Part shown: positions 31,284 through 41,629 of the stretch, piece after piece
How positions within the stretch are numbered: the first letter of the stretch is position 1
Layout of the letters: each line of letters starts with the position of its first letter
Assembly (NCBI GenBank): GCA_965224845.1
Contig: CBDDAJ010000036.1
Coordinates: forward strand, 32,724 to 96,723
Direction of reading: 5' to 3'
DNA length: 64,000 bases
Source: Wocania sp.
GTDB lineage: Bacteria; Bacteroidota; Bacteroidia; Flavobacteriales; Flavobacteriaceae
Program-made: the position numbers and the translations under genes
The notes under the pieces: model-generated
The model's input: only the letters and a program-made list of their open reading frames with translations
The model's database searches: none
What the model was told of the DNA's origin: nothing

Positions 31284-32717
31284 ATGCTACTATTAACAAC
31301 CCAAGATGCCTTTAATTTAGGCTTTCCTTTTGCAGTCATTTTTGCTGTATTATTTATTTTTATCTTTTTTATTGTACTTATTAAACGCTACAAACGCTGT
31401 CCTTCAGACAGAATATTAGTTGTTTATGGTAAAGTTGGTGGCGGACAGTCTGCAAAATGTATTCATGGTGGCGCAGCTTTCATTATGCCAGTAATTCAAG
31501 ATTATGAGTTTTTAGATTTAACACCAATTTCTATTGAGGTTAATCTTATAAATGCTCTTTCTAAACAAAACATACGTGTAAATGTGCCGTCTCGATTTAC
31601 AATTGGTATTTCTACCGAACCGGGAATTATGCAAAATGCTGCTGAAAGGCTATTAGGTTTAGGGCAAAATGAAATTCAAGAGTTAGCACAAGAAATTATT
31701 TTTGGTCAATTACGTTTGGTAGTAGCCTCTATGGATATAGAAGAAATTAATTCTGACAGAGACAAGTTTTTAACCAACATTTCTAAAAGTGTAGAATCTG
31801 AACTTAAAAAAGTAGGTTTAAAATTAATTAACGTAAACATCACAGATATAGTTGATGAATCTGGTTATATTGAGGCTTTAGGAAAAGAAGCTGCAGCGCA
31901 TGCCATTAATGCCGCAAGAAAGTCTGTTGCCGAAAAAAACAGAGATGGTTCTATTGGTGAAGCAAATGCTTTACAAGACGAACGCACACAGGTAGCAGCT
32001 GCAAATGCGCAAGCCGTAGATGGAGAAAATACAGCAAAAATAGCTGTTGCAAATTCGGATTCGTTACGTCGTCAGCGAGAAGCTGAAGCAGAACGTGTAG
32101 CAATAGCTTCAGAAAAAGTACAAACAGCTAAAGCCTTAGAAGAATCGTATGCTGCAGAAAAAGAAGCAGAACTTGCCAGAGCAGAAAGAGAGCGTTCTTC
32201 TCAGCAAGCAGATATTATTGTCCCTGCAGAAATTGATAAAAGAAAAGTAGAAATTGATGCTGAAGCTGAAGCTGAGAAAATTAGAAGACGTGCTAAAGGA
32301 GAGGCTGATGCCATTTTGTTTAAAGCTCAAGCTGAAGCTAAAGGCTTATATGAAGTCTTAACAAAGCAAGCTGCCGGTTTAGATCAAATTGTAAAAGCCG
32401 CTGGTAACAACTCAAAAGATGCTGTTCTATTACTAATTGCTGATAAACTACCCGAATTAGTAAAAACACAAGCTGAAGCTATTAAAAATATTAAAATTGA
32501 TAAAGTTACCGTTTGGGAAAATGGCAGTGGAAAAGATGGTAAATCTTCAACCTCAAACTTTATTTCTGGCATGTACAAGTCGGTTCCACCATTGCAAGAA
32601 ATGTTTAATATGGCTGGCATGCAATTGCCTGAATATTTAAAAGGGAAAGACATAGAAGCCGAAAAACAAGATTCCTCAGTAAAAAAGGATGACACTAATT
32701 CTGAAGGAAAAGAATAA
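31284..32717 (+). CDS. Flotillin-like SPFH/band-7 protein (FloT/YqiK family)
   Basis: N-terminal membrane anchor, SPFH domain, long E/A-rich (EA-repeat) coiled-coil. Confidence 0.85.
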   Translation: MLLLTTQDAFNLGFPFAVIFAVLFIFIFFIVLIKRYKRCPSDRILVVYGKVGGGQSAKCIHGGAAFIMPVIQDYEFLDLTPISIEVNLINALSKQNIRVNVPSRFTIGISTEPGIMQNAAERLLGLGQNEIQELAQEIIFGQLRLVVASMDIEEINSDRDKFLTNISKSVESELKKVGLKLINVNITDIVDESGYIEALGKEAAAHAINAARKSVAEKNRDGSIGEANALQDERTQVAAANAQAVDGENTAKIAVANSDSLRRQREAEAERVAIASEKVQTAKALEESYAAEKEAELARAERERSSQQADIIVPAEIDKRKVEIDAEAEAEKIRRRAKGEADAILFKAQAEAKGLYEVLTKQAAGLDQIVKAAGNNSKDAVLLLIADKLPELVKTQAEAIKNIKIDKVTVWENGSGKDGKSSTSNFISGMYKSVPPLQEMFNMAGMQLPEYLKGKDIEAEKQDSSVKKDDTNSEGKE

Positions 32718-32750
32718 AACACAAGTTCGGCTATATTATTTAAGTAAACT

Positions 32751-33233
32751 ATGAATAATACCACTTTACAGCATTTAAGAAAAGTTCCCACAATGAAATT
32801 AATTTTTGGAGTCGTGCTGTTCTGCTTAGGCATAATTGGAGCTGTAACCAACAATATTTTCAATTTAGTTTTATCTGGTATTGGTGTTTTTTTAATGCAG
32901 CGCGAAGGTTCTCAAATCGATTTGGCATCTAAACGCTATAGAGAAATACGATCCATAATGGGAATAATTATTGGGAAATGGAAGGATTTACCTGATGTTG
33001 AATATGTTTCTGTATTCAAAACAAAAGAAAATAAAAGAGTACAAGCCATGGGAGCATCTACTAAATTTACGAATCAAGTTTATAAATTAAATCTGTTTTA
33101 TAATAGAAATAGAAAGATTGAAGCTTATATTACCGATGATATTCAAGATGCTTTTGAAAACGCAAAATATATAGCACAGGTATTAAATATAAAGATTTTA
33201 GACGCTACTGAAAGAGAATCTAAATGGTTATAA
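32751..33233 (+). CDS. Hypothetical 2-TM membrane protein, paralog of 22442..23014, immediately upstream of bioB
   Basis: Same conserved motifs as the paralog upstream of bioF. Confidence 0.5.
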   Translation: MNNTTLQHLRKVPTMKLIFGVVLFCLGIIGAVTNNIFNLVLSGIGVFLMQREGSQIDLASKRYREIRSIMGIIIGKWKDLPDVEYVSVFKTKENKRVQAMGASTKFTNQVYKLNLFYNRNRKIEAYITDDIQDAFENAKYIAQVLNIKILDATERESKWL

Positions 33234-33239
33234 CTATTT

Positions 33240-34355
33240 TTGTCAAAAATATATCTCCAAATGAGCGAAACAAGACACAACTGGACCAAAGAAGAAATAT
33301 TAGATATATATAACAAACCTTTAATGGAGTTGCTTTATGAAGCAGCTACTATTCATAGAGAGCAGCATGACCCAAATGTTGTACAGGTAAGTACATTACT
33401 ATCTGTTAAAACTGGGGGCTGTTCAGAAGACTGTGGCTATTGTCCGCAAGCTGCGCGTTACCATACTAATATAGAAGGAAACGATCTTATGAGTGTTCAG
33501 CAGGTAAAAGCACAAGCTCTTAGAGCTAAAGAAGGTGGAAGCTCACGTGTATGTATGGGTGCTGCATGGCGTAATGTAAAGGATGGCGAAGAGTTTGATC
33601 AGGTTTTGGAAATGGTACGTACCATTAATAAGCTAGATATGGAAGTATGCTGTACTTTAGGAATGCTTACCGAAAACCAGGCAAAACGACTGGCAGAAGC
33701 AGGGCTATATGCTTACAATCATAATTTAGATTCGTCAGAAGAATACTATAAAGAAGTAATTTCTACGCGTGGATATCAAGATCGTTTAGATACTATAGAA
33801 AACGTACGTAAAACCAATGTTACGGTTTGTAGTGGTGGTATTATTGGAATGGGTGAAAATTTAGAAGATCGTGCTGGGATGTTAGTTGCCTTATCCACTT
33901 TAAATCCACAACCAGAATCAACCCCCATAAATGCTTTAGTAGCTGTTGAAGGCACGCCATTGGAAGATCAAAAACCTGTTTCTATTTGGGATATGATACG
34001 TATGGTAGCTACGACAAGAATCGTTATGCCAGAAACACAAGTACGCTTAAGTGCCGGTAGAACACAAATGACTCGCGAAGGACAAGCTTTATGTTTCTTT
34101 GCAGGGGCAAATTCTATTTTTGCTGGTGATAAACTTTTAACAACACCCAATCCTGATGTAAATGAAGACATGAAAATGTTTGAATTGTTAGGAATGAAAC
34201 CTCAAAAGCCGTTTACCAAAAAAGTGCAGCCACAAACAGTTGAAGCCAAAGACTCTCAATACGAAGCATTAGGGGAAAAACCAAGATGGACCCGCCCCGA
34301 GCATACTATTGAGCGTAATGAAGCTGCGAAAGAAAAAGGGAAATTGGTTAAGTAA
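33240..34355 (+). CDS. bioB: Biotin synthase (radical SAM) with about 50-aa C-terminal extension
   Basis: CSEDCGYCPQ radical-SAM cluster motif. Conserved BioB core. Confidence 0.9.
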   Translation: MSKIYLQMSETRHNWTKEEILDIYNKPLMELLYEAATIHREQHDPNVVQVSTLLSVKTGGCSEDCGYCPQAARYHTNIEGNDLMSVQQVKAQALRAKEGGSSRVCMGAAWRNVKDGEEFDQVLEMVRTINKLDMEVCCTLGMLTENQAKRLAEAGLYAYNHNLDSSEEYYKEVISTRGYQDRLDTIENVRKTNVTVCSGGIIGMGENLEDRAGMLVALSTLNPQPESTPINALVAVEGTPLEDQKPVSIWDMIRMVATTRIVMPETQVRLSAGRTQMTREGQALCFFAGANSIFAGDKLLTTPNPDVNEDMKMFELLGMKPQKPFTKKVQPQTVEAKDSQYEALGEKPRWTRPEHTIERNEAAKEKGKLVK

Positions 34356-34394
34356 ATCTTTAGCTGGGTTATTTTACAAATTATTTCTTTTTAC

Positions 34395-34585
34395 TGTTTA
34401 CTGATAACTGCCCACTGCAAACCAGCCCGCGTTAGGGATTGATGCGGCATCCTTTTTTAAAATAAATAAAATGCTCTTTATTTAGAGCTAAAATTTAAGA
34501 GATACCCACGTTTGTTTCTTCTTGCTATGACGCAAAAAAGATATAGCGGAAAGCCCGACCTGCAAGGTAACGCCCAAATACTATT
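34395..34585. repeat. GC-rich mosaic intergenic element E3 (contains gcgttagggattga, as in E1)
   Basis: Exact 14-nt match to E1. Locally elevated GC. Confidence 0.5.
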
Positions 34586-34635
34586 TTAAATTTAATAACG
34601 TTTTCTTAACTTTGACTTACTAAATATATTAAGTA

Positions 34636-35505
34636 TTGGCACTAAATCTACAAGCTGTTCCTCGGGTAAAAACCATAACAAAAGAGGCCTTTATAAAACA
34701 TTACTTTAAACCACAAAAACCTGTGGTTATAGAACGCTATATTGATGATTGGCCCGCTTATACAAAATGGAATTTAGACTACATGAAAGCCGTTGCAGGC
34801 TCTAAAATGGTACCGCTTTACGACAACAGGCATGTTGATTATAAGGATGGGTTTAATGAGCCACATGCTAAAATGAAAATGAGTGAGTATGTCGATTTAT
34901 TAAAACGAGAACCCACAAAATATAGAATTTTTCTTTGGAACATTTTAAAAGAAATACCTCAATTACAAAACGATTTTAGCTATCCAGATTTTGGACTGAA
35001 ACTCATGAAAGGATTACCTATGCTGTTTTTTGGAGGACGAGATTCTTACACTTTTATGCATTACGATATTGACTTGGCAAACATTTTTCATTTTCATTTT
35101 GAAGGTAAAAAGCAGATTACTTTGTTTGATCAAAAGCAAAATGATTATTTATACAAAATTCCGCATTCTTTAATTACCAGAGAAGATATAGATTTTAATA
35201 ATCCTGATTTTGAAAAATGGCCTATGTTACAAAAAGCGAAAGGCTATAAAACTGAGCTAAATCATGGCGAAATACTATATATGCCAGAAGGTTATTGGCA
35301 TTATATGCGTTATGTAACCCCTGGGTTTTCTATGAGTTTACGTGCTATTGCCAGAAACCCCAAAAACCTTAGTAAAGCTATTTATAACCTTTTAATTATG
35401 CGGAACTATGATAATATGATGCGTCGCATAAAAGGACAAAAATGGATAGACTGGAAAAACGAGCAAGCCATTATAAAAACCCATAAAAAAAACGGTATTA
35501 CCTAA
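34636..35505 (+). CDS. Cupin-like/JmjC-domain protein
   Basis: 289 aa. Cupin_8-like pattern with HxD...H candidate metal ligands. Confidence 0.5.
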   Translation: MALNLQAVPRVKTITKEAFIKHYFKPQKPVVIERYIDDWPAYTKWNLDYMKAVAGSKMVPLYDNRHVDYKDGFNEPHAKMKMSEYVDLLKREPTKYRIFLWNILKEIPQLQNDFSYPDFGLKLMKGLPMLFFGGRDSYTFMHYDIDLANIFHFHFEGKKQITLFDQKQNDYLYKIPHSLITREDIDFNNPDFEKWPMLQKAKGYKTELNHGEILYMPEGYWHYMRYVTPGFSMSLRAIARNPKNLSKAIYNLLIMRNYDNMMRRIKGQKWIDWKNEQAIIKTHKKNGIT

Positions 35506-35971
35506 TCAACTCGTTGGCTTTTTCGTACACCAAATACGATTCCCAACCCCGATATAACAGATAATCGATTAATTTTTTTCTTTTTTTAAACTTGTTGCTT
35601 TCTTTTATTGAATTGGCTTTTTTTTCGGCTAAATCATTGAAAACCTCGATGTATTCCCCATTTTCTATAGTTTTAAGTGCCTGATTTATATTAACTTTGC
35701 TAATGTCTTTTTTCTTTAATTCAAAAGTTAATCGATGGCGCCCCCAACGCTTAATTCTAAACTTACCGCTAACAAATGTTTTGGCAAAACGTGCTTCGTT
35801 AAGAAAGTTATGCTCTAACAGATGTACTATTATTACATCTATAGCTTCGGGTATCATATGCATACCCTCTAGTTTTTGCCTAACGTCTTGATGACATCGT
35901 TCTTGATACGCGCAATAATGCTCCATTTTTTTGGTAGCTTCTTGTAGGGTATGTGTTTTTTTTGTCTGCAT
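35498..35971 (-). CDS. recX: Regulatory protein RecX
   Basis: 157 aa. Triple helical-repeat pattern and size typical of RecX. Confidence 0.65.
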   Translation of the reverse strand: MQTKKTHTLQEATKKMEHYCAYQERCHQDVRQKLEGMHMIPEAIDVIIVHLLEHNFLNEARFAKTFVSGKFRIKRWGRHRLTFELKKKDISKVNINQALKTIENGEYIEVFNDLAEKKANSIKESNKFKKRKKLIDYLLYRGWESYLVYEKANELIR

Positions 35972-36081
35972 TGGTTGCCAAAAATAACAATAGAAAAATT
36001 AATTAAAAGAATAAAAAAATATAAAAACCAAATCAGCTATACTAAGCGTAGATTTAGTATAGGTTTTAAAACTTAACGGCT

Positions 36082-38493
36082 ATGAAAAAAATTACAAGTA
36101 TACTTTTATTGCTTATAACTATTAGTTTTAGCTATGGGCAAAGTACTTTATATGCTGGTGATATTGCTATTACCGGATTAAATTCTGATAATCCAGACCA
36201 ATTTTCTTTTGTACTATTAACAGATGTAACAAGCGGAACGACAATTAATTTCACAGATGAAGGTTGGCAAAGTTCAGGAAGTTTTAGAGGGACTTCTGAA
36301 GGTATAGTTACATGGACTTCTACATCAAGTTTGTCCTGTGGTACTGAAATAATTATTACAGACACAGGATCAAACACATATTCTGCCACTACTGGTACAG
36401 CGATAGAGTCTGGACTAGGTTTTTCGTTATCTGACGCTGGGGATCAATTATTAGCATATCAAGGTAGCTCAACATCTCCAATATTTTTGTTTGGAATTCA
36501 ATTTGGAAGCGGTGCCGGATGGTCTGATGCTACAGATAGTGGAACAAGCGCTGTACCTTCAGGCTTGACAGATGGAGTAAATGCAATTGATGCCGGAAAT
36601 AGAGATAATGTAATATATAATTGTTCTGTATTAAGTAATGCTGCTTTAATTTTAGCTGCAGTTTCTAATTCAAGTAATTGGTCTGGTACAAATGCAGGAA
36701 CCAGGCCAGCTCTAACAACATGTGGGTTTACATCGTGTGCATCAACATGTTCTTCTCCAGCAGTAACCTGGACAGCTGGAGCATGGTCTCCAATTACTGG
36801 ACCAAACATAAACACCCCTGTAATTATAGCTGATGACTACAATACAGGTACCGATGGCAATTTTAGTGCTTGTTCACTAACTATAAATACAGGTTTCAAT
36901 TTAACAGTAAACAATGGAGATTATGTAGAAGTAGAGAATGATGTTACAGTAGATGGCCAACTATATGTTACATCTCAAGGAAACTTTATTCAAAATAATG
37001 ACTTAGCAAACTTTACGGATAATTCTACAAATGGCGTTCAGGTAACAAAAACCAAAACCTTTTTTAGAAAATTTGCTTACACCTATTGGAGCTCTCCTGT
37101 TATTGGAGAAACTATTGAACAAACATTTGGTACTGTACAAAGTGATAGACGTTTTTCTTTTAATGCTACAAATTTTGTAGATGTATTGGCTGAAGTTGGA
37201 AATACTGGGGTTTTTAATCCTGGATCGGATGATATAGATGATGACGGTAATGACTGGGAAATTGCGAGTGGTGTAATGCAGCCTGGAGTAGGTTATGCTG
37301 CAATCGCCAGTCAATTAGGGCCTGCCTTTCCTCGCCTGGAAAATTTTGTGTTTAGAGGGGCATTTAACAACGGTGTTATTCAAGTTCCTATAATAAATAA
37401 TAGTGGGGGTTCATACAACGATTGGAATTTTATTGGAAACCCATACCCTTGTGCTATTGATGCTGACGATTTTTTAACAGCTAACAGCTCACTAATAGGG
37501 GTATTATATTTTTGGGATCAGGCCACCCCCGAGAGTGATACAGCTGGCGGAAGTCAGGGGCAAAATTTCTCAGTTGATGATTATGCCATGTATAATGGAA
37601 CAATGGGCACTGGAGCAAGAGGTGATACTGGTGCTCAACCCAATGGTTTTATAGCATCCGGACAAGGCTTTTTTGTGGAAGCTTTAACTGCCGGAAACAT
37701 TACCTTTAATAATGCAATGCGCTCTATAACGAATGATAATAGTCAACTTTTCAAGAATACTAATTCTAAAAGCAAAGTGTCTAACTTATATAACAAACTA
37801 TGGGTTAATCTAACTTCAGATAATGGTGTTTTTAATCAAATAGGAATAGGATACGTAAATGGAGCTACATCCCTTAATGACGGAGCTTTTTATGATGCAA
37901 AAAGAATTATGAGTTCTGGAAATGCTGCCATATTATATTCTACTATTGAAAACAATGATGACAAATTTGCTATTCAGGGTAAAGCTCCAAACGATTTAAA
38001 TGAAAACGAAATTATAGATTTAGGCTTTAAAACATCTATTGATGTTGCAACATCGTATACTTTATCAATTGCACGATTACAAGGTGATTTTTTAAACAAT
38101 AGCCCTGTTTATTTAAAGGATAATTTACTTAATAAAACACATAATTTATCCGATTCAGATTATATGTTTACATCAGAAGCGGGAGAATTTAACAATCGTT
38201 TTAAAATTGTTTTCACTGATAAAGTTTTATCTACTGATGACATTAACTTAAACGATAATAACCTTAGCATTGTTGAGTCTGGCGATGATCAAGTTAACTT
38301 TAAGATATCTAATAGTTTAAGCATTAAAACAGTAACTATTTATGATCTTTTAGGAAGGCAACTATATAACTTTAAAGGAACACATAGCAGTTCAGAAACC
38401 TATCAGTTATCTAACTTGAAAAACACCATTTATATAGCAAAGGTTGAATTGTCAAACGGTATTACTATCACTAAAAAAGCTATTAAAAAATAA
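36082..38493 (+). CDS. Large secreted protein with T9SS type-A C-terminal sorting domain
   Basis: Signal peptide. T/S/G/N-rich beta-rich body. C-terminal about 80 aa (...TVTIYDLLGRQLYNF...AKVELSNGITITKKAIKK) looks like a Por secretion tail. Confidence 0.6.
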   Translation: MKKITSILLLLITISFSYGQSTLYAGDIAITGLNSDNPDQFSFVLLTDVTSGTTINFTDEGWQSSGSFRGTSEGIVTWTSTSSLSCGTEIIITDTGSNTYSATTGTAIESGLGFSLSDAGDQLLAYQGSSTSPIFLFGIQFGSGAGWSDATDSGTSAVPSGLTDGVNAIDAGNRDNVIYNCSVLSNAALILAAVSNSSNWSGTNAGTRPALTTCGFTSCASTCSSPAVTWTAGAWSPITGPNINTPVIIADDYNTGTDGNFSACSLTINTGFNLTVNNGDYVEVENDVTVDGQLYVTSQGNFIQNNDLANFTDNSTNGVQVTKTKTFFRKFAYTYWSSPVIGETIEQTFGTVQSDRRFSFNATNFVDVLAEVGNTGVFNPGSDDIDDDGNDWEIASGVMQPGVGYAAIASQLGPAFPRLENFVFRGAFNNGVIQVPIINNSGGSYNDWNFIGNPYPCAIDADDFLTANSSLIGVLYFWDQATPESDTAGGSQGQNFSVDDYAMYNGTMGTGARGDTGAQPNGFIASGQGFFVEALTAGNITFNNAMRSITNDNSQLFKNTNSKSKVSNLYNKLWVNLTSDNGVFNQIGIGYVNGATSLNDGAFYDAKRIMSSGNAAILYSTIENNDDKFAIQGKAPNDLNENEIIDLGFKTSIDVATSYTLSIARLQGDFLNNSPVYLKDNLLNKTHNLSDSDYMFTSEAGEFNNRFKIVFTDKVLSTDDINLNDNNLSIVESGDDQVNFKISNSLSIKTVTIYDLLGRQLYNFKGTHSSSETYQLSNLKNTIYIAKVELSNGITITKKAIKK

Positions 38494-38494
38494 G

Positions 38495-40906
38495 TTATAA
38501 ACTATATTTTAAAGCTAAAATAAAGTTTCTCCCTGCCGCCGCTATACCTGAAGAATACGTTTTATAACGCTGGTCTGTAATGTTTTCTAAACTAGCAGTA
38601 AATGTTGTTGAATTATTTATTTGGTATTGTGTTCTAACGTTTAATGTGCTCCATGAAGGCGAATAGGGGTTGCCATTTTCATCTTTTGCATAAATATAAT
38701 CCTTACTGATTTCTGAAGGTGCTAATTGATTAAATGATAATTCACTATTATAATTAGCATATACATCAACTTTTAATTGCTTATAATTCCAAACTAAATG
38801 GGTATTCCCAAAATTAGGAGCGACATGTCGAATTGGAACTTCAATATTTTCCTTTTCTTCGGTTCCACCGGTAATACTATATTGGGAGGTTAATTTAAAG
38901 TTATCCGTGAGATTGAATAGTAAGCCAATCTCGAAGCCATAAATCCATGCTTTTGATGCATTTTGTATGGCTTGCACCTTACTTAATTCGCCATCATAAA
39001 TAATTTCTGTTTCTCCATTTAAATTATGGTCTCTTCTTACTAAAGCATTATCTAAATAGGTATAATAAGAACTCATATCTAATATAAAAGTGTCATCAAA
39101 ATTTAATTTTAGTCCTAACTCTCCTCCATAGGCGTATTCTGGTTTTAGGTTTTCGTTTGGTACAACCACCGACCCTGGTTCAGAATCAAACACTTTTCCT
39201 ATATCATCAATATTTGGTGCTCTAAAAGCTGACGATGCATTAAGTTTCCATTGTATAATCTTATTTGGAGTCCAACTAATTCCTGCTGTGCCCGTAAAAG
39301 CCCCTGCTTTATTTTCTGAAGACTCAAAAGGCAAATTCAAATACACATTATTTGCTTCAAAATTAGCTTTCGAGACAATATGATTGAAACGCAAGCCCGA
39401 TTGAAAAACAAACTTTGGGTTTGGTTTATATTTAATACTAGAATATAAGGCTGCAGATTGCCAACTTGAACCATTTGGGTATCTTGACAATGTTGGAAAA
39501 ACAATATGACTTGTAATATTTTCTTCTTTTCCGTGAGACATAACCTTGTTATAAACATACTCGAGTCCGTAAAAAAACTGTGTTTTAGTACTTAAGGTTT
39601 TTTCAAAATCTAAATTAAAAGAATAAGCATCTACAGCTTCTTCTCTTATGTTTCTTATGTTCGATTGAAAATCTCTATCTTTTCTACTTTCTTGAAAGTT
39701 TTGGTAGGCAACCGTGGCTTTAACTTTATTATATAAATTAGATCGACTACTTAATTTGGTTATTTGAAAATTAGACATAAACCACTGTTGCGGGCCATAA
39801 TTCCACTCAGCAGAGCGTAAAGCATCATTTTTATACCGTATCAATCTGTCGTATCTTGGTATATCTGAGGTTGTAGTAAAATGTAAGCCCAAATCAAAAC
39901 TTAAATTTTCGTAAGGCTGATAATGTACCTTTTGCATTACATTTATTTGATTATAGCCTGAATATTTTTGTTTTAATGGATTGCTGTTTTGTATGACCAG
40001 GTCTCCGTTACTTGTTGCTAATGCAAACTCAGACCTTAAATAATCGTTAGGACCATTGCTCCCCATTCTTAAATCGTTAAAATCTGTATAACTTGCATTT
40101 GTTAAAAATGCCCAGTTTTTGTAACCCAAATTAAAACTAAAATGCCCCGTTTTTTCCTCATTAGCCGTAGCATACCTGAGCACAGCATTAGATTTAAATA
40201 AGAGACTATCTGTTTTTGAAAGCTTTGGTTTTAAGGTATAAAAGCTCATAACGCCACCAACAGCATCACTACCGTAAATAACAGAGCCTGAGCCTAGCGT
40301 TACCTCCGTATTCATAATTGCAAAAGGGTCTATGGCTATAACATTGTGTAAATTTCCGCCTCTAAAAATAGCATTATTCATTCTTACACCATCTACAGAA
40401 ATTAACAATCTGTTGGTTGAAAACCCTCTAATCATGGGGCTTCCTCCTCCTAATTGACTCTTTTGAATATAAACTTGCCCTGTGGTTTCTAATAAATCTG
40501 CACTAGTTTGAGGGTTTGTAAATTCAATGTTTTTTGAGTTTAAACTAATAATTTTTTGAGGAATATCTTTTTTATTTTGCTCAAACTTTGAAGCTGAAAT
40601 AACGATCTCTTCTAAACCCTGTGTATTAGAATCTAAATAAACAATATTGAATGCATTGATATGGGATTTTGTTATTTTTTTTAAAAAATGAGATAAGTGC
40701 TGAAAATAAATAATTTCTGTGTCTAAAAACTTATCTATATTAGCGTCTCCATTACTATTCGTTATTGCACTTTTAGTTTTATCTACATTAAAAATAGCAA
40801 CGCCAGAAACAGGTTCTTTGGTAAGTTTATTAAGAACCTTTATTTGCTGTGCAACCAAAATATTAGATGCAAAAAGCAAGAAAAAAATAGTGTAATAAAG
40901 TTTCAT
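38495..40906 (-). CDS. TonB-dependent receptor
   Basis: Signal peptide, plug-domain motifs, C-terminal beta-barrel ending in an aromatic residue (…KYSL). Confidence 0.85.
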   Translation of the reverse strand: MKLYYTIFFLLFASNILVAQQIKVLNKLTKEPVSGVAIFNVDKTKSAITNSNGDANIDKFLDTEIIYFQHLSHFLKKITKSHINAFNIVYLDSNTQGLEEIVISASKFEQNKKDIPQKIISLNSKNIEFTNPQTSADLLETTGQVYIQKSQLGGGSPMIRGFSTNRLLISVDGVRMNNAIFRGGNLHNVIAIDPFAIMNTEVTLGSGSVIYGSDAVGGVMSFYTLKPKLSKTDSLLFKSNAVLRYATANEEKTGHFSFNLGYKNWAFLTNASYTDFNDLRMGSNGPNDYLRSEFALATSNGDLVIQNSNPLKQKYSGYNQINVMQKVHYQPYENLSFDLGLHFTTTSDIPRYDRLIRYKNDALRSAEWNYGPQQWFMSNFQITKLSSRSNLYNKVKATVAYQNFQESRKDRDFQSNIRNIREEAVDAYSFNLDFEKTLSTKTQFFYGLEYVYNKVMSHGKEENITSHIVFPTLSRYPNGSSWQSAALYSSIKYKPNPKFVFQSGLRFNHIVSKANFEANNVYLNLPFESSENKAGAFTGTAGISWTPNKIIQWKLNASSAFRAPNIDDIGKVFDSEPGSVVVPNENLKPEYAYGGELGLKLNFDDTFILDMSSYYTYLDNALVRRDHNLNGETEIIYDGELSKVQAIQNASKAWIYGFEIGLLFNLTDNFKLTSQYSITGGTEEKENIEVPIRHVAPNFGNTHLVWNYKQLKVDVYANYNSELSFNQLAPSEISKDYIYAKDENGNPYSPSWSTLNVRTQYQINNSTTFTASLENITDQRYKTYSSGIAAAGRNFILALKYSL

Positions 40907-40909
40907 CCT

Positions 40910-41629
40910 TTAATTAAAAACTTGATTAAAAACCTGAAGCGATTTTGGACTTTTAAAACTGCCCAAATGTAACTCAAAATAAAGCAAAATCATACTTAAA
41001 AATGATTGTCTTTGTTTTGCATTAATTTTCACTGTAGAAAGGGCATCAAATGTTGTGCCTAATAAGGTTTTTAAGAGTGTTAAATTTTCGCCATAAATAA
41101 CATGCTTTCCTTGCTTTTTTATTTCAAACTTACCGTCTAATAAATTAAAGTAATTATACGCTTTATTAATCTCTTCTGGATAAAACCCCAAGTATTTAGT
41201 TAGGTTTAATAAAAAAAGTAAATGAAAATTCGAATATTCTGTATGCACATCTAGCCACAGCAATGTGGTTTCTATGTAGCTAAAAAGGAAATTATTTTGT
41301 TCTTCTTCTTTTAAAATATTTGCTAAAACCTCGGCCAAAAACATAACAATGGCACTCTTTAAAATATTGGAATGCAAGCTGGTATATAAATGGTTTAATT
41401 TAACCTCTTTAATAACTTGCAGCGTGCGGTTTTCTTTATAATCAATTTCTAACTGCAGTTGCGATAGTAATTGAAAATATGCTTTTTTTGAATGTCCTTT
41501 TTTACTCTTTAAAACACCTCTTAATAAAAAGCTAACAACACCTAACTGCTCTGTATAACACTTTACAATTAAGTCGTTATCTCGATACTTTAATTTAGAT
41601 AAAACAATAGCATTTGTAGTGATTAACAT
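40910..41629 (-). CDS. recO: DNA repair protein RecO
   Basis: N-terminal OB-fold pattern (IVLSKLKYRDNDLIVKCYTEQLGVVSFLLRG). 239 aa. Confidence 0.75.
   Translation of the reverse strand: MLITTNAIVLSKLKYRDNDLIVKCYTEQLGVVSFLLRGVLKSKKGHSKKAYFQLLSQLQLEIDYKENRTLQVIKEVKLNHLYTSLHSNILKSAIVMFLAEVLANILKEEEQNNFLFSYIETTLLWLDVHTEYSNFHLLFLLNLTKYLGFYPEEINKAYNYFNLLDGKFEIKKQGKHVIYGENLTLLKTLLGTTFDALSTVKINAKQRQSFLSMILLYFELHLGSFKSPKSLQVFNQVFN

Noticed and set aside
19562-34585. TTAGGG telomere-like hexamer in the GC-rich intergenic elements
   Set aside because: Single occurrences inside longer shared motifs. Coincidental.
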